Notes under the pieces: generated by a model
What the model was told of the DNA's origin: nothing
Seen by the model: only the letters and a program-made list of their open reading frames with translations
The model's database searches: none
DNA from: the human T2T-CHM13v2.0 reference genome, Homo sapiens
DNA length: 64,000 nt
NCBI RefSeq assembly: GCF_009914755.1
Contig: NC_060938.1
Reading direction: 5' to 3' (one strand)
Shown: positions 50,201-64,000 of the stretch, in pieces
How the letters are laid out: every line of letters begins with the position of its first letter
Numbering within the stretch: position 1 is the first letter of the stretch
Translations under genes and position numbers: made by a program

Positions 50201-53200
50201 CTCTGGTCTAAGCTCTGCCTAAAGGGGCATTGTGACAGACCTCTGCACTGATCACTCAGGTGATGTAACTAATGTCTAGGCTCTGCTTAAAGGGGCCTTG
50301 TCACATATCTTTTGCCCTGTCACCCAGGCGATGTTACTCTTGTCTAGGCTCTGCTAACAGGGGGTATTTTGACATATCTCTGAACTGATTACCTAAGTGA
50401 TGTAACACTTGTGTAGGCTTTGTCTACAGGGGAATTTTGACATATCTCTGCACTGTTAACCAAGGTGATGTAACTCTTGTCTAGGCTGTGCTCACAGGGG
50501 GATTGAGACATATCTCTGCACTGATCCCGAGGCGATCCTGGTCTCTGCCTACTGGGGATATTGTGACATATCTCTGCACTGATCTCCCAGGTGCTGTAAC
50601 TTTAGTCCAGGCTCTGGCTACACGGCATTGTGACATATCACTGCACTGATCACCTAGGTGATATAACTCTTTTCTGAGCTCTGCCTACAGGGGGCTTGTG
50701 ACATATCTCTGCACAGATCACCCAGGTGATATAACTCTTCACTAGGATCTGCCTACAGGGTGCTTTGTGACATATCCCTGCAATTATCACCAATGTGATA
50801 TACCACTTGTCAAGGCTCTGCCTACAGGGGCATTGCGATGTATCTCTGCACTGATCACCTAGGTCATGTAACTCTTGTCTAGGCTCTGCCTACAATGGCA
50901 TTGTGACATATCTCTGCACTGATCACCCAGGTGATGTAACTCTTGCCTAGGCTCCAACTACAGGGATATTGTGACGTATCTCTGCCCTGATCACCCAGGT
51001 GATATAACTCTTGTCTAGGCTGCACCTACAGGGGTATTGTGACGTATCTCTGCACTGATCACCCAGGTGATGTAACATTTTTCTAGGCTCTGCCTACAAG
51101 GGCATTTTGACATAGCTCTTCACAGATCACCTAGGTTATGTAACTCTTTTACACTCTCTGCCTACAGGGGGCATTGAGAAATATCTCTGCACTGATCATA
51201 CAGGTGATGGGACTCTTCTCTAGGACCTGCCTACTGGGGGCATGTTCACATATTTGTGCCCTTATCACTCAGATGATGGACTCTTGTCTGGGATTTGCCT
51301 ATGGGGGCATTGTGACATATCTCTGCTCTGATCACCCAGGTGATGTAACTCTTTTCTAGTGTCTGCCTACAGAGGGCGTTGTGACATCACTCTGCACGGT
51401 TCACCTGGGTTATGTAACTCTTCTATAGGCTCTGGCTATGGGGGCATTGTGACATAACTCTGCACTAATCACCCACGAGATGTGACTGTTGTCTAAGCTC
51501 TGCCTAGAGGGACATTGGGACATATCTCTGCACTGATCGCTGAGGTGATGTAACACTTGTCAAGGCTTTGCCTACAGTGGGATTTATGACCTATATCTGC
51601 ACTGATCACCCAGGTGATGTAAGTCTTTTATAGGCTCTGCCTACAGGGGCATTTTAACATATCACTGCACTGATCACCAAGATGATGTAACTCTTGTATA
51701 GGCTTCGCTGACAGGGGTCATTGAGACATATCTCTGCACTGATCACCGAGGTGATGCAACTCTTGTCTGGGATCTGCTTACAGGGGGCATTGTGACATAT
51801 CTCTGCCCTGATCACCCAGGTGATGTAACTCTTGTCTGGACTCTGCCTAATGAAGACATTGTGACATATTTCCGCACTGATCACCCAGGTGTTGTCACTT
51901 TTGTCAAGGATATGGCTACAGGGACATTTTGACATGTCACTGCACTGATCACACAGCTGATGTAACTCTTGTCTAGGCTCTGGCTACAGGGGGCTTGTGA
52001 CACATCTCTGCACTGATCACCCAGGTGATGTAACCCTTTTCTAGACTCTTCCAAAAGGGGACATTGTGACATAACTCTGCACTGATAACCCAGGTGATGG
52101 GACTCTAGTCGAGGCTCTGCCTACAGGGTCATTGCGACATATCTCTGCAGTGATCACGCAGGTGATGTAACTCTTGTGTATATATGCCTACTGGAGGCAT
52201 TGTGGCATATTTCTGCACTGATCACCCAGGTGATGGACTCTTGTCTTGGATCTGCCTATGGGGGCATGGTGACATATCTCTACACCGATCACTCATGTGA
52301 TGTAACGTTTGTCTAAGCTGCGCCTAAAGGGGAATTGTGATAGATATCTCCACTGATCACCCAGGTCGTGTAACAATTTTCTAGGATTTGTCTACAGGGG
52401 TCTTTGCGAAATACCTTTGCACTGATCACCCAGGAGAAGTAACTCTTGTCTAGGCTCGGCCTACAGGGGCTTTGTGACATATTTCTGCACTGATCACCCA
52501 GGTGATGTAACTCTTCTTTAGGCTCTGCCTTCAGGGGCTTTGTGACATATCTCTGCACTGATCACCCAGGTGATGTAAGTCTTGTCTACGCTCCACCTAC
52601 AGGGGGTATTTTGACATGTCTCTGCACTGATCACCCAGGTGATGTAACATTTATCTAGTCTCTGCCTACAAGGGCGTTTTGACATACCTCTGCACAGATC
52701 ACCTAGGTTATGTAACTCTTGTCCACTCTCTGCCTTCAGGGGGCATTGTGAAATATCTCTGCACTGATCACCCAGGTGATGGGACTCTTCTCTATACTCT
52801 GCCTAGAGTTGGAATTGTGACATATCTCTGCACTGATCACCCAGGTGATGGAAGGCTTGTCTAGGCTCTATCTATGGGGGCATTGTGTCAAATATCTGCA
52901 CTGATCACCCAGATGATGTAACTCTTTTCTAGGTCCTGTCTACAGGGATTTTTGTGACGTATCACTGCACTGATCACCTAGGTGATGTAAGCCTTGTATG
53001 GGCTTTTCCTACAGAAGGCTTTGTGACATATCTATGCACTGATCTCTGAGGTGATGCAACTCTTGTCTAGGCACTGCCTACAGGGGACGTTGGTACATAT
53101 CTCTGCACTGATCACCCAGGTGATGGACTCTTGTCTTAGATCTGCCCACATGGACATTGTGACACATCTCTGACCTGATCAACCAAGTGATGAAACTCTT

Positions 53201-54037
53201 GTCTAGGCTCTGCCTACAGGGGCTTTGTGACACATCTCTGCACTGATCACCCTGGGGAGGGAACTCTGGTCTACGGTCTGCCTACAGGAGGCTTTATGAC
53301 TTATACCTGCACTGATAAACTAGGTGATGTAACACTTGTCTAGACTCTGCCTTCACGGGAATTCTCACATATCTCTGAACTGATCACCCAGTTAATGTAA
53401 CTCATTTCTAGGTTCAGCCTATAGGAGCGTTTTGACATATCTCTGCACTGATCACTAATGTGATGTAACCCTTGTCTTAGCTCTGCCTACAGGGGCATTG
53501 TGAAAGATCTCTCCACTGCTCACCCAGGTGATGTAACAATTGTCTGGGTTTTGCCTACAGGGAACTTTGTGATATACATTTCCACTGATCAAACAGATGA
53601 TGTAACCCTTGTCAAAGTTTTGCTTACAGGGGCTTTGTGACATAGCTCTGCACTGATCACCCCAGGGAGGAAACACTTTTCTACACTCTGCCTACAGGAG
53701 GCTTTATGACTTATCCCTGCACTGATCCTTAGGTGATGTAATACTTGTCTGGGCTCTGTCTACAAGTGAATTTTCACATATATGTACACTGATCACCTAA
53801 GTGATGTAACCCTTGTGTAGGTTCAGCCTACTGGGGATTTCTGACATACATATGCACTGATCACCGAGGTGATGTAAATTATTTCCAGGCTTTTTGTACA
53901 GGGGACATTGTGATATATCTCTGCACTGATCACCCAAATGATGCAAATCTTCCCTAGACTCCGCAGGAAGGGGACATTGTGACATATTTCTGAGCTGATC
54001 ATCCAGGAGATGTAACTATTCTCCAGGCTTTGACTAA
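44242..54037 (+). repeat. Beta-satellite array (~9.8 kb)
   Basis: Continuous 68-bp monomers. Confidence 0.97.
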
Positions 54038-54742
54038 GGAGCATCAGAAGGTGTTGGGAGCGCCTCAGCCGGAATTTCACCAATGTACAAGGGCATAGAG
54101 AGGCCAGCGGGCTCCCTTGCACGTCAGCCGGGTTGTGCAATGAGCACAGGTCTAGCCAGGAGCCCGGCAAAGAGAGCGAGAGGTGTGCATTTCACCGCCA
54201 GGCGCTCCATGGTGGCAGCTGGGAGGCTGCAGGGGTATGGGCGGGCCGGCGACGGTGGCGAGGAGGCGTAGAGGAGGCTAGCCGCTGGAGGGGTGTCATG
54301 CTTGGATGCTGCGCGGGCCCAGTGTTTTGCGTGATGGGGGTGTCCACCCAGCCCAGGGGAGGTCCCATTTTTCAGGGGTCGTGGGTGAGGGTGGGAATGA
54401 GATGGCCAGGCGGGGGTTGTGTGGGGGAAAGGCATGAGAGCTCTGCCCGGGCTGCTCCCACTGCCCAGGTGTCTGCCCGTAAACCCGCGTGTGTGCAGTA
54501 GGTGGCCAACCTGCTGGTACCTGGGCCGGCTCTGCAATACCCGGGATGCCCAGGAAAGAATGGCAGTTCTCTGCTGTGTGGAGCCTCTCACCGGGCCTAG
54601 ACCTAGAAGGCAGGAATCCCAGGCCAGTCAGTCCGGTGGAGGGGGCAGGGGTAAGACAAGCCCCTCCATAGCCAGCCAGGTGTTCCGTGTGAAAGAGAGG
54701 CCACCGCCCTGCCCCAACCCGACCCCGTCCCAACCCCACGTC

Positions 54743-56222
<1,480 letters not shown>

Positions 56223-56807
56223 CGGAAGAGTCCCAGGACGTCGAGGCCTGTGGCTGTTGGGTGGTGGGGTGGGGGGGGGAGGGAGTGGTGATGGCGGTGG
56301 TTGGGCCGGAGACACGAAGAGGTAGTGGGCGAGGGTGAAGGGGTGAGGGTGCGCGTTTTGGGGGCTGGCTCTCCGGACCTCTCGAGGAATGCCAAGGGAA
56401 CTTGAAGCCACTCTCTGGGCTCCCACGCGTCTTCAGCAGGGAGAAACCAGCCTGGGAGGATGGAGGGGAGTGTGGAACTGAACCGCCGTGGGAGTCTTGA
56501 GTGTTCCAGGCCCTCTCTCCGTGAAGAAGGCAGTGCTTGTGGGTGTCGCCGTTGCCAGGACTGTCTCACACAGGCAGGCATGTGGCTGTCGTTCATTTCC
56601 ATGTAGGAGACCAAAGCGAGACCCCAGAGAGAAGATGCCTCCCCGGCGTGATGGCCTGACGATGGATTCCCGTGTGTGGCAACATGGGGATTCTGCAGTG
56701 TGGCCGGTTTGGAAACTGGCAAGGAGAGCGAAGGCACCATGCCGGTCTTCCACACTTCCCTGCATGTTTCCGAATGCCCGCAGGGCTCCGGGAGCAAACA
56801 GTCAGCA

Positions 56808-59800
56808 TGACACATCTCTAAACTGATCGACAAAGTGAAGTAACACTTGTCTAGGCTCTGCCTACAGGGGCTTTGTGACATATCTCTGCAGTGATCACCC
56901 AGGTGATGGGACTTTTGTCTAGCCTCTGCCTATGGGGGCATTGTGACATATCTCTTCACTGATCACCCAGGTGATGTAACTGTTGTGTTGGATCTGCCTA
57001 TGGGGGCATTGTGAGATATTTCTGCACTGGTCACCCAGGTGATGGGACCCTTGTCTAGCCTCTGTGTACGGGGGCTTTGTGACATATCTCTGCACTGATC
57101 ACCCAGGTGATGTAACGATTGACTAGGCTCTGTCTACGGGGCATAGTGACATATCACTACATTGATCACCGAGGTGATGTAACTCTTGCCCAGACTCCGC
57201 CAATAAATGGCCTTGTGACATATCTCTGCGCTGGTCACCAAGGTGATATAACAGTTGCTTACGCTCTGGCTGCAGGGGCATTGTGAAATATCTCTGCACT
57301 GATCCCCCAGGTGATGGGACTCATTTCTAGGCTCTGCCTCCTGGGGGAATTGTCATATATTTCTGCACTGATCACCCAGGTAACAGACTCTTGTCTTGGA
57401 TTTGCCTATGGGGGCATTGTGACATATCTCTGCACTGATCACCCAGGTGATGTAACCCTGCTCTAAGCTCTGCCTAAAGGGGCATTGTGACAGGTCTCTG
57501 CAATGATCACTCAGGTGATGTAACTATTGTCTAGGCTCTGCTTAAATGGACCTTGTCACATATCACTGCACTGATCACCCAGGTGATGTAACTCTTGTCT
57601 AGGCTCTGCTTTCAGGTGGTATTGTGACATATCCCTGCATTGATCACCTAAGTGATGTAACACTTGTGTAGGCTCTGCCTACAGGGGCATTTTGACATAT
57701 CTCTGCACTGTTAAACGAGGTGATGTAACTCTTGTCTAGGCTGTGCCCACAGGGGTATTGATACACGTCTCTGCACTGATCCCGAGGTGATCGAACTCTT
57801 GTCTGGTCTCTGCCTACTGGGGACATTGTGACATAATTCTGCACTGATCTCCCAGGTGCTGTAACTTCAATCTAGGCTCTGGCTACACGGCATTGTGACA
57901 TATCACTGCACTGATCACCCAGGTGATATAAATCTTGTCTAGGCTGTACCTACAGGGGGTTTGTGACACATCTCTGCATTAATCACCCAGGTGATATAAC
58001 TCTTCTCTAGGATCTGCATACAGGGTGCTTTGTGACATATCCCTGCAATGATCACCCAGGTGATATACCACTTGTCAAGGCTCTGCCTACAGGGGCATTG
58101 TGACAGAACACTGCACTGATCACCCAGGTGATGGAACCCTTGTCTAGGCTCTTCCAACCGTGGCATTGTGACATATCTCTGCACAGATCACGCAGGTGAT
58201 GTAAATCTTTTCTAGGATCTACCTACAGGGTGCTTTGTGACATGTCTCTGCAGTGATCACCCAGGTGATATACCACTTGTCAAGGCTCCGCCTACAGGGA
58301 CATTGCGATGTATCTCTGCACTGATCACCTATGTCATGTAACTCTTGTCTAGTCTCTGCCTACAGTGGCATTGTGACATATCTCTGCACTGATCATCCAA
58401 GTGATGTAACTCTTGTCTAGGATCTGCCTAAAGGGACTTTGTAACATAACTCTGCACTGATCATCCAGGTGATGGGGCTTTTGTCTAGGCTCTGCCTAAG
58501 GGGGCATTGTGACAGATTTCTGCACTGATCACCCAGGTGACGGACTCTTGTCTTGGATCTGCCTATGGGCGCATTTTGACATACCTCTGCACTGATCACC
58601 CAGGTGATGTAACTATTGTATAAGCTCTCCCTACAGGGGAATTGTGAGAGATCTCACCACTGATCACCCAAGTGATATAATTATTGTCTAGGCTTTGCCT
58701 ACAGTGGGCTTTGTGACATACCATTGCACTGATCAGCCAGGTGATGTAACTCATCTAAGTTTTGCCTACAGGAGCTTTGTGACATATCTCTACACTGATC
58801 ACTTAGGTGACGTAACGATTTTATAAGCACTGCCTACAGGGAATTTTGACAAATCTCTGCACTGATCACCTAGGTGATGTAACTCTTGTCTACCCTCTGC
58901 CCAAAGGGGGCATTGTGAAATATCTCTGCACTGATCACCCAGGTGATTCAACTCTTGTCTAGGATCTGCCTACAGGGGGTATTGTGAAATATCTCTGCAC
59001 TGATAAACCAGGTGACGTAAATGTTGTCTAGTCTCTGCCTACAGGGGCGTTTTCATATATCCCTGAACTGATGACAAAGGTGATGTAACTCTTGCATAGG
59101 CTTTGCCTACAGGGTACATTGTGACATATCTCTGCACTGATTACCCAGGTGATGCAACTCTTCTCTATGCTCTGCCTACATGGGACATTGTGACATATCT
59201 CTGCAGTGATCACCCAGGTGATGTAACTCTTTTCTAGTCTCAGCCTCCAGAGGGCGTTGTGACATCACTCTGCTCAGATCACCCGGGTTATGTAACTCTT
59301 GTCTAGGCTCTGCCTACGGGGGCATTGTGACTTATCTCTGCACTGATCACCCAGGAGATGTGACTCTTTTCTAAGCTCTGCCTAGATGGATATTGGGACA
59401 TATCTCTGCACTGATCGCTGAGGTGATGCAAAACTTGTCTAGGCTTTGCCTACAGTGGGATTTATGACGTATCCCTGCACTGATCACCCAGGTGATGTAA
59501 ATCTTGTCTAGGCTCTGTTTACAGGGGGTATTGTGAGATAACTCTTCACTGATCACCCAGGTGATGTAACTCTTTTCTAAGCTCTGCCTAGAGGGACATT
59601 GGGACACATCTCTACACTGATCGCTGAGGGGAAGTAAAACTTATCTAGGTTTTCCTACAGTGGGATTTATGACATATCTCTGCACTGATCACCCAGGTGA
59701 TGTAATTCTTGTCTAGGCTCTGCCTACAGGGGCATTTTAACATATCACTGCACTGATCACCGAGATGATGTAACTCTTGTATAGGCTTCACTGACAGGGG

Positions 59801-62800
59801 GCATTGAGACATACATGTGCCCTGATCACCAAGGTGATGCAACTCTTGTCTGGGATCTGCTTACAGGGGGCATTGTGACATATATGTGCCCTGATCACCC
59901 AGGTGATGTAACTCTTGTCTAGGCTCTGCCTACTGGAGACATTGTGACATATCTCCGCACTTATCAACCAGTTGATGTCACTTTTCTCAAGGATATGGCT
60001 ACAGGGACATTGTGACATGTCACTGCACTGATCACACTGCTGATGAAACACTAGTCTAGGCTCTGGCTACAGAGGCCTTGTGACACATCTCTGCACTGAT
60101 CACCCAGGTGATGTAACCCTTGTCTAGGCTCTGCCAAAATGGGGCATTGTGACATAACTCTGCAGTGATCACGCAGGTGATATAACTCTTGTCTATATTT
60201 GCCTACTGGTGGCATTGTGGCATATTTCGGCACTGATCACCCAGGTGATGGACTCTTGTCTTGGATCTGCCTTTGAGGGCATAGTGACATATCTCTGCAC
60301 TGATCACTCATGTGATGTAACGCTTGTCTAAGCTGCGCCTAAAGGGGAATTGTGACAGATATCTCTACTGATCACCCAGGTGATGTAAAAATTTTTTGGG
60401 ATTTGTCTACAGGGGGCTTTGTGACATATTCCTGAACTGATCACCCAGGTGATGTGACTCTTGTCTAGGCTCCACCTACAGGGGATGTTGTGACGTATCT
60501 CTGCACTGATCACGCAGGTGATGTAACTCTTGTCTAGGCTCCACCTACAGGGGGTATTGTGACGTATCTCTGCCTGATCATCCACGTGATGTAACTCTTC
60601 TCTAGGCTCTGCTTACAGGGTGTATTGTGAGATATCTCTGCACAGATCAGCCAGGTGAAGGAAGTCTTTTCTAGGCTCTGTCTATGGGGGCATTGTGTCA
60701 AATATCTGCACTGATCACCCAGGTGATGTAAATCCTGTCCAGCCTCTGCCTACAGGGGCATTTTAACATATAACTGCACTGATAACCCAGATGATGTAAC
60801 TCTTGTGTAGGCTTCCCTAACAGGGGGCATTGAGACATATCTCTGCACTGATCACCGAGGTGATGAAACTCTTCTCTGGGATCTGCTTACAAGGGGCATT
60901 GTGACATATCTCTGCCATGATCACCAAGGTGATATAACTCTTGTCTAGGCTCTGCCTACTGTAGACACTGTGACATATCTCCGCACTTATAACCCAGGTC
61001 ATGTCACTTTTTTCAAGGATATGGCTACAAGGACATTTTGACATGTCACTGCACTGATCACACTGCTGATATAACACTTGTCTAGGCTTTGCTGACAGGG
61101 GGCTTGTGACACATCTCTGCACTGATCAACCAGGTGATGTGACTCTTGTCTATGCTCTGCCTACAGGGGCAATGTGACATATCTCTGCAGTGATCACGCA
61201 GGTGATGTAACTATTGTCTATATCTGCCTACTGATGGCATTGTGGCATATTTCTGCACTGATCACCCAGGTGATGGACTCTTGTCTTGGATCTGCCCATG
61301 AGGCATAGTGACATATCTCTGCACTGATCACTCATGTGATGAAACGCTTGTCTAAGCTGCGCCTAAAGGGGAATTGTGACAGATATCTCCACTGATCACC
61401 CAGGTGATGTAACAATTTTCTGGGATTTGTCTACTGGGGGCTTTGTGACATATCTTTGCACTGATCACCCAGGAGATGTAACTCTTGTCTAGGCTCAGCC
61501 TACAGGTGTTTTGTGACATAGTTCTGCACTGATCACCCAGGTGATGTAACACTTGTCTAGGCTCCGCCTACAGGGGCTTTGTGACATATCTCTGCACTGA
61601 TCACCCGGGTGATGTAACTCTTGTCTAGGCTCCACCTACAGGGGGTATTGTGACGTATCTCTCCACTGATCACCCAGGTGATGTAACATTTTTCTAGGCT
61701 CTGCCTACTGGGGCGTTTTGACATAGCTCTGCACAGATCACCTAGGTTGTGTTACTCTTGTCCACTTTCTGCCTACAGGGGGCATTGTGAAATATCTCTG
61801 CACTGATCCCCCAGGTAATGGGACCTTTCTCTTTACTCTGCCTAGAGGGGGATTTGTGACATATCTCTGCACTGAACACCCAGGTGATGTGCCACTTGTC
61901 AAGGCTCTGCCTACAGGACATTGTGATGTATCTCTGCACTGATCACCTAGGTGATGTAACTCTTGTCTAGGCTGTTTCTACAGTGGCATTGTGACATATC
62001 TCTGCACTGATCATCCAAGTGAAGTAACTCTTGTCTAGTATCTGCCTAAAGGGACTTTGTGACATAACTCTGCACTGATCATCCAGGTGATGGGCTTTTG
62101 TCTAGGCTCTGCCTAGGGGGCATTGTGGCATATTTCTGCACTGATCACCCAGGGGATGGACTCTTGTCTTGGATCTGCCTATGGGGGCATTGTGACATAT
62201 CTCTGCACTGATCACCCAGGTGATGTAACTGTTGTATAAGCTCTGCCTACAAGGGAATTGTGAGAGATCTCGCCACTGATCACCCAAGTGATGTAACTAT
62301 TCTCTAGGCTTTGCCTATAGGGGGCTTTGTGACATACCTTTGCACTGATCAGCCAGGTGACGTAACTCAGCTAAGTTCTGCCTACAGGAGCTTTGTGACA
62401 TATCTCTGCACTGATCACTTAGGTGATGTAACACTTTTACAAGCACTGCCTACAGGGAATTTTGACGAATCTCTGCACGGATCATGTAGGTGATGTAACT
62501 CTTGTATACCCTCTGCCCAAAGGGGGCATTGTGAAATATCTCTGCACTGATCACCCAGGAGATTCAACTCTTTTCTACGATCTGCCTACAGGGGGTATTG
62601 TGAGATATCTCTGCACTGATCAACTAGGTGTTGTAAATAGTTTCTAGGCTCTGCCTACAGGGGCGTTTTCTCGTTTCCCTGAACTGATGACAAAGGTGAC
62701 GTAACTCTTGCCTTGGATTTGCCTACAGGGGACATTGTGACATACCTCTGCACTGATCACCCAGGTGATGCAACTCCTCTCTATGCTCTGCCTTCAGGGG

Positions 62801-64000
62801 ACATTGTGACATATCTCTGCAATGATCACCGAGGTGATGTAACTCTTTTCTAGTCTCTGCCTACAGAGGGCGTTGTGACATCACTCTGCATGGATCACCC
62901 GGGTTATGTAACTCTGGTCTAGGCTCTACCTATAGGGGTATTGTGACTTATCTCTGCACTGATCACCCAGGAGATGTGACACTTGTCTATGCTCTGCATA
63001 GAGGGACATTGGGACATATCTCTGCACTGATCACTGAGGTGATGTAAAAGTTGTCTAAGCTTTGCCTACAGTGGGATTTATGACATATCTCTGCACTGAT
63101 CACCCAGGTGATGTAACTCTTCTCTAGGATCTGCCTACAGGGTGCTTTGTGACATATCCCTACAATGATTACCTAGGTGATATACCACTTATCAAGGCTC
63201 TGCCTACAGGGACATTGCGATGTATGCCTGCATTGATCACCTAGGTAATGTAACTCTTTTCTAGGCTCTGCCTACAGTGGCATTTTGACAGATGTCTGCA
63301 CTGATCACCCAGGTGATGCAACTCTTCTCCATGCTCTGCCTACAGGGGACATTGTGACATATCTCTGCACTGATCACCAAGGTGATTCAGCTCTTCTTTA
63401 TGCTCTGCCTTCAGAGGGCATTGCGAAATATCTCTGCACTGATCACTCAGGTGATGTAACTCTTTTCTAGTCTCTGCCTACAGAGGGCGTTGTGACATCA
63501 CTGTGCACGGATCACCCGGGTTATGTAACTGTTGTCTAGGCTCTGCTTATGGGGGCATTGTGACTTATCTCTGCACTGATCACCCAGGAGATGTGACTCT
63601 TGTCTAAGCTCTGCCTGGAGGGACATTGGGACATATCTCTGCACTGATCGCTGAGGTGATGTAAAATATTTGTAGGCTATTCCTACAGTGGGATTTATGA
63701 CTTATCTCTGCACTGGTCACCCAGGTGATGTAACTCTTGTCTAGGCTCTGCTTACAGGGCGTATTGTGAGTTATCTCTGCACTGATCACACTGGTGATGT
63801 AACGCTTGTCTAGGCTCTGCCTACAGGAGCATTTTAACATATCACTGCACTGACAACCGAGATGATGTAACTCCTGTATAGGCTTTGCCGACAGGGGGCA
63901 TTGAGACATACCTCTGCACTGATCACCGAGGTGATGCAACTCTTCTCTATGCTCTGCCTACAGGGGGCATTGTGACATATCTCTGCAATGATCATCCAAG
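56808..64000 (+). repeat. Beta-satellite array (runs off the window end)
   Basis: Continuous 68-bp monomers. Confidence 0.97.

Overview
This window is primate, very likely human, heterochromatic DNA. About 47 kb is 68-bp beta-satellite (Sau3A/BSR family). It is interrupted by 5'-truncated D4Z4-like units of about 2.75 kb, each carrying a DUX4-like double-homeobox gene or pseudogene, LSau-type sequence and a pLAM-like tail. Four complete units lie on the minus strand (22421-25138, 34519-37265, 41487-44241, 54038-56807). A fifth minus-strand unit is split (5651-5987 and 12097-14383) by an inverted ~6.1-kb segment containing a DUX 3' fragment, inverted beta-satellite and a plus-strand DUX copy. 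One unit encodes a complete 197/170-aa DUX3/DUX5/DUX1-type protein. The inverted copy has an unbroken 364-codon, GTG-initiated frame with both homeodomains but no transactivation domain. The other copies are pseudogenes. The organisation fits the dispersed DUX4-like/beta-satellite composites known from acrocentric short arms and pericentromeres, not the 4q35/10q26 D4Z4 array; the chromosome cannot be determined from the window. The component families are all known. The points most worth following up are: (1) the convergent ~1.85-kb inverted DUX pair and the rearrangement that produced it; (2) the pLAM-like tail being a decayed, ATG-less copy of the DUX 5'UTR; (3) the beta-satellite state of the site equivalent to the FSHD poly(A) signal; (4) a cryptic ordered monomer register in the satellite, including 'empty' sites where a DUX unit appears to have been lost. 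Comparisons with reference DUX4, DUX3 and pLAM sequences are from memory and were not computed.
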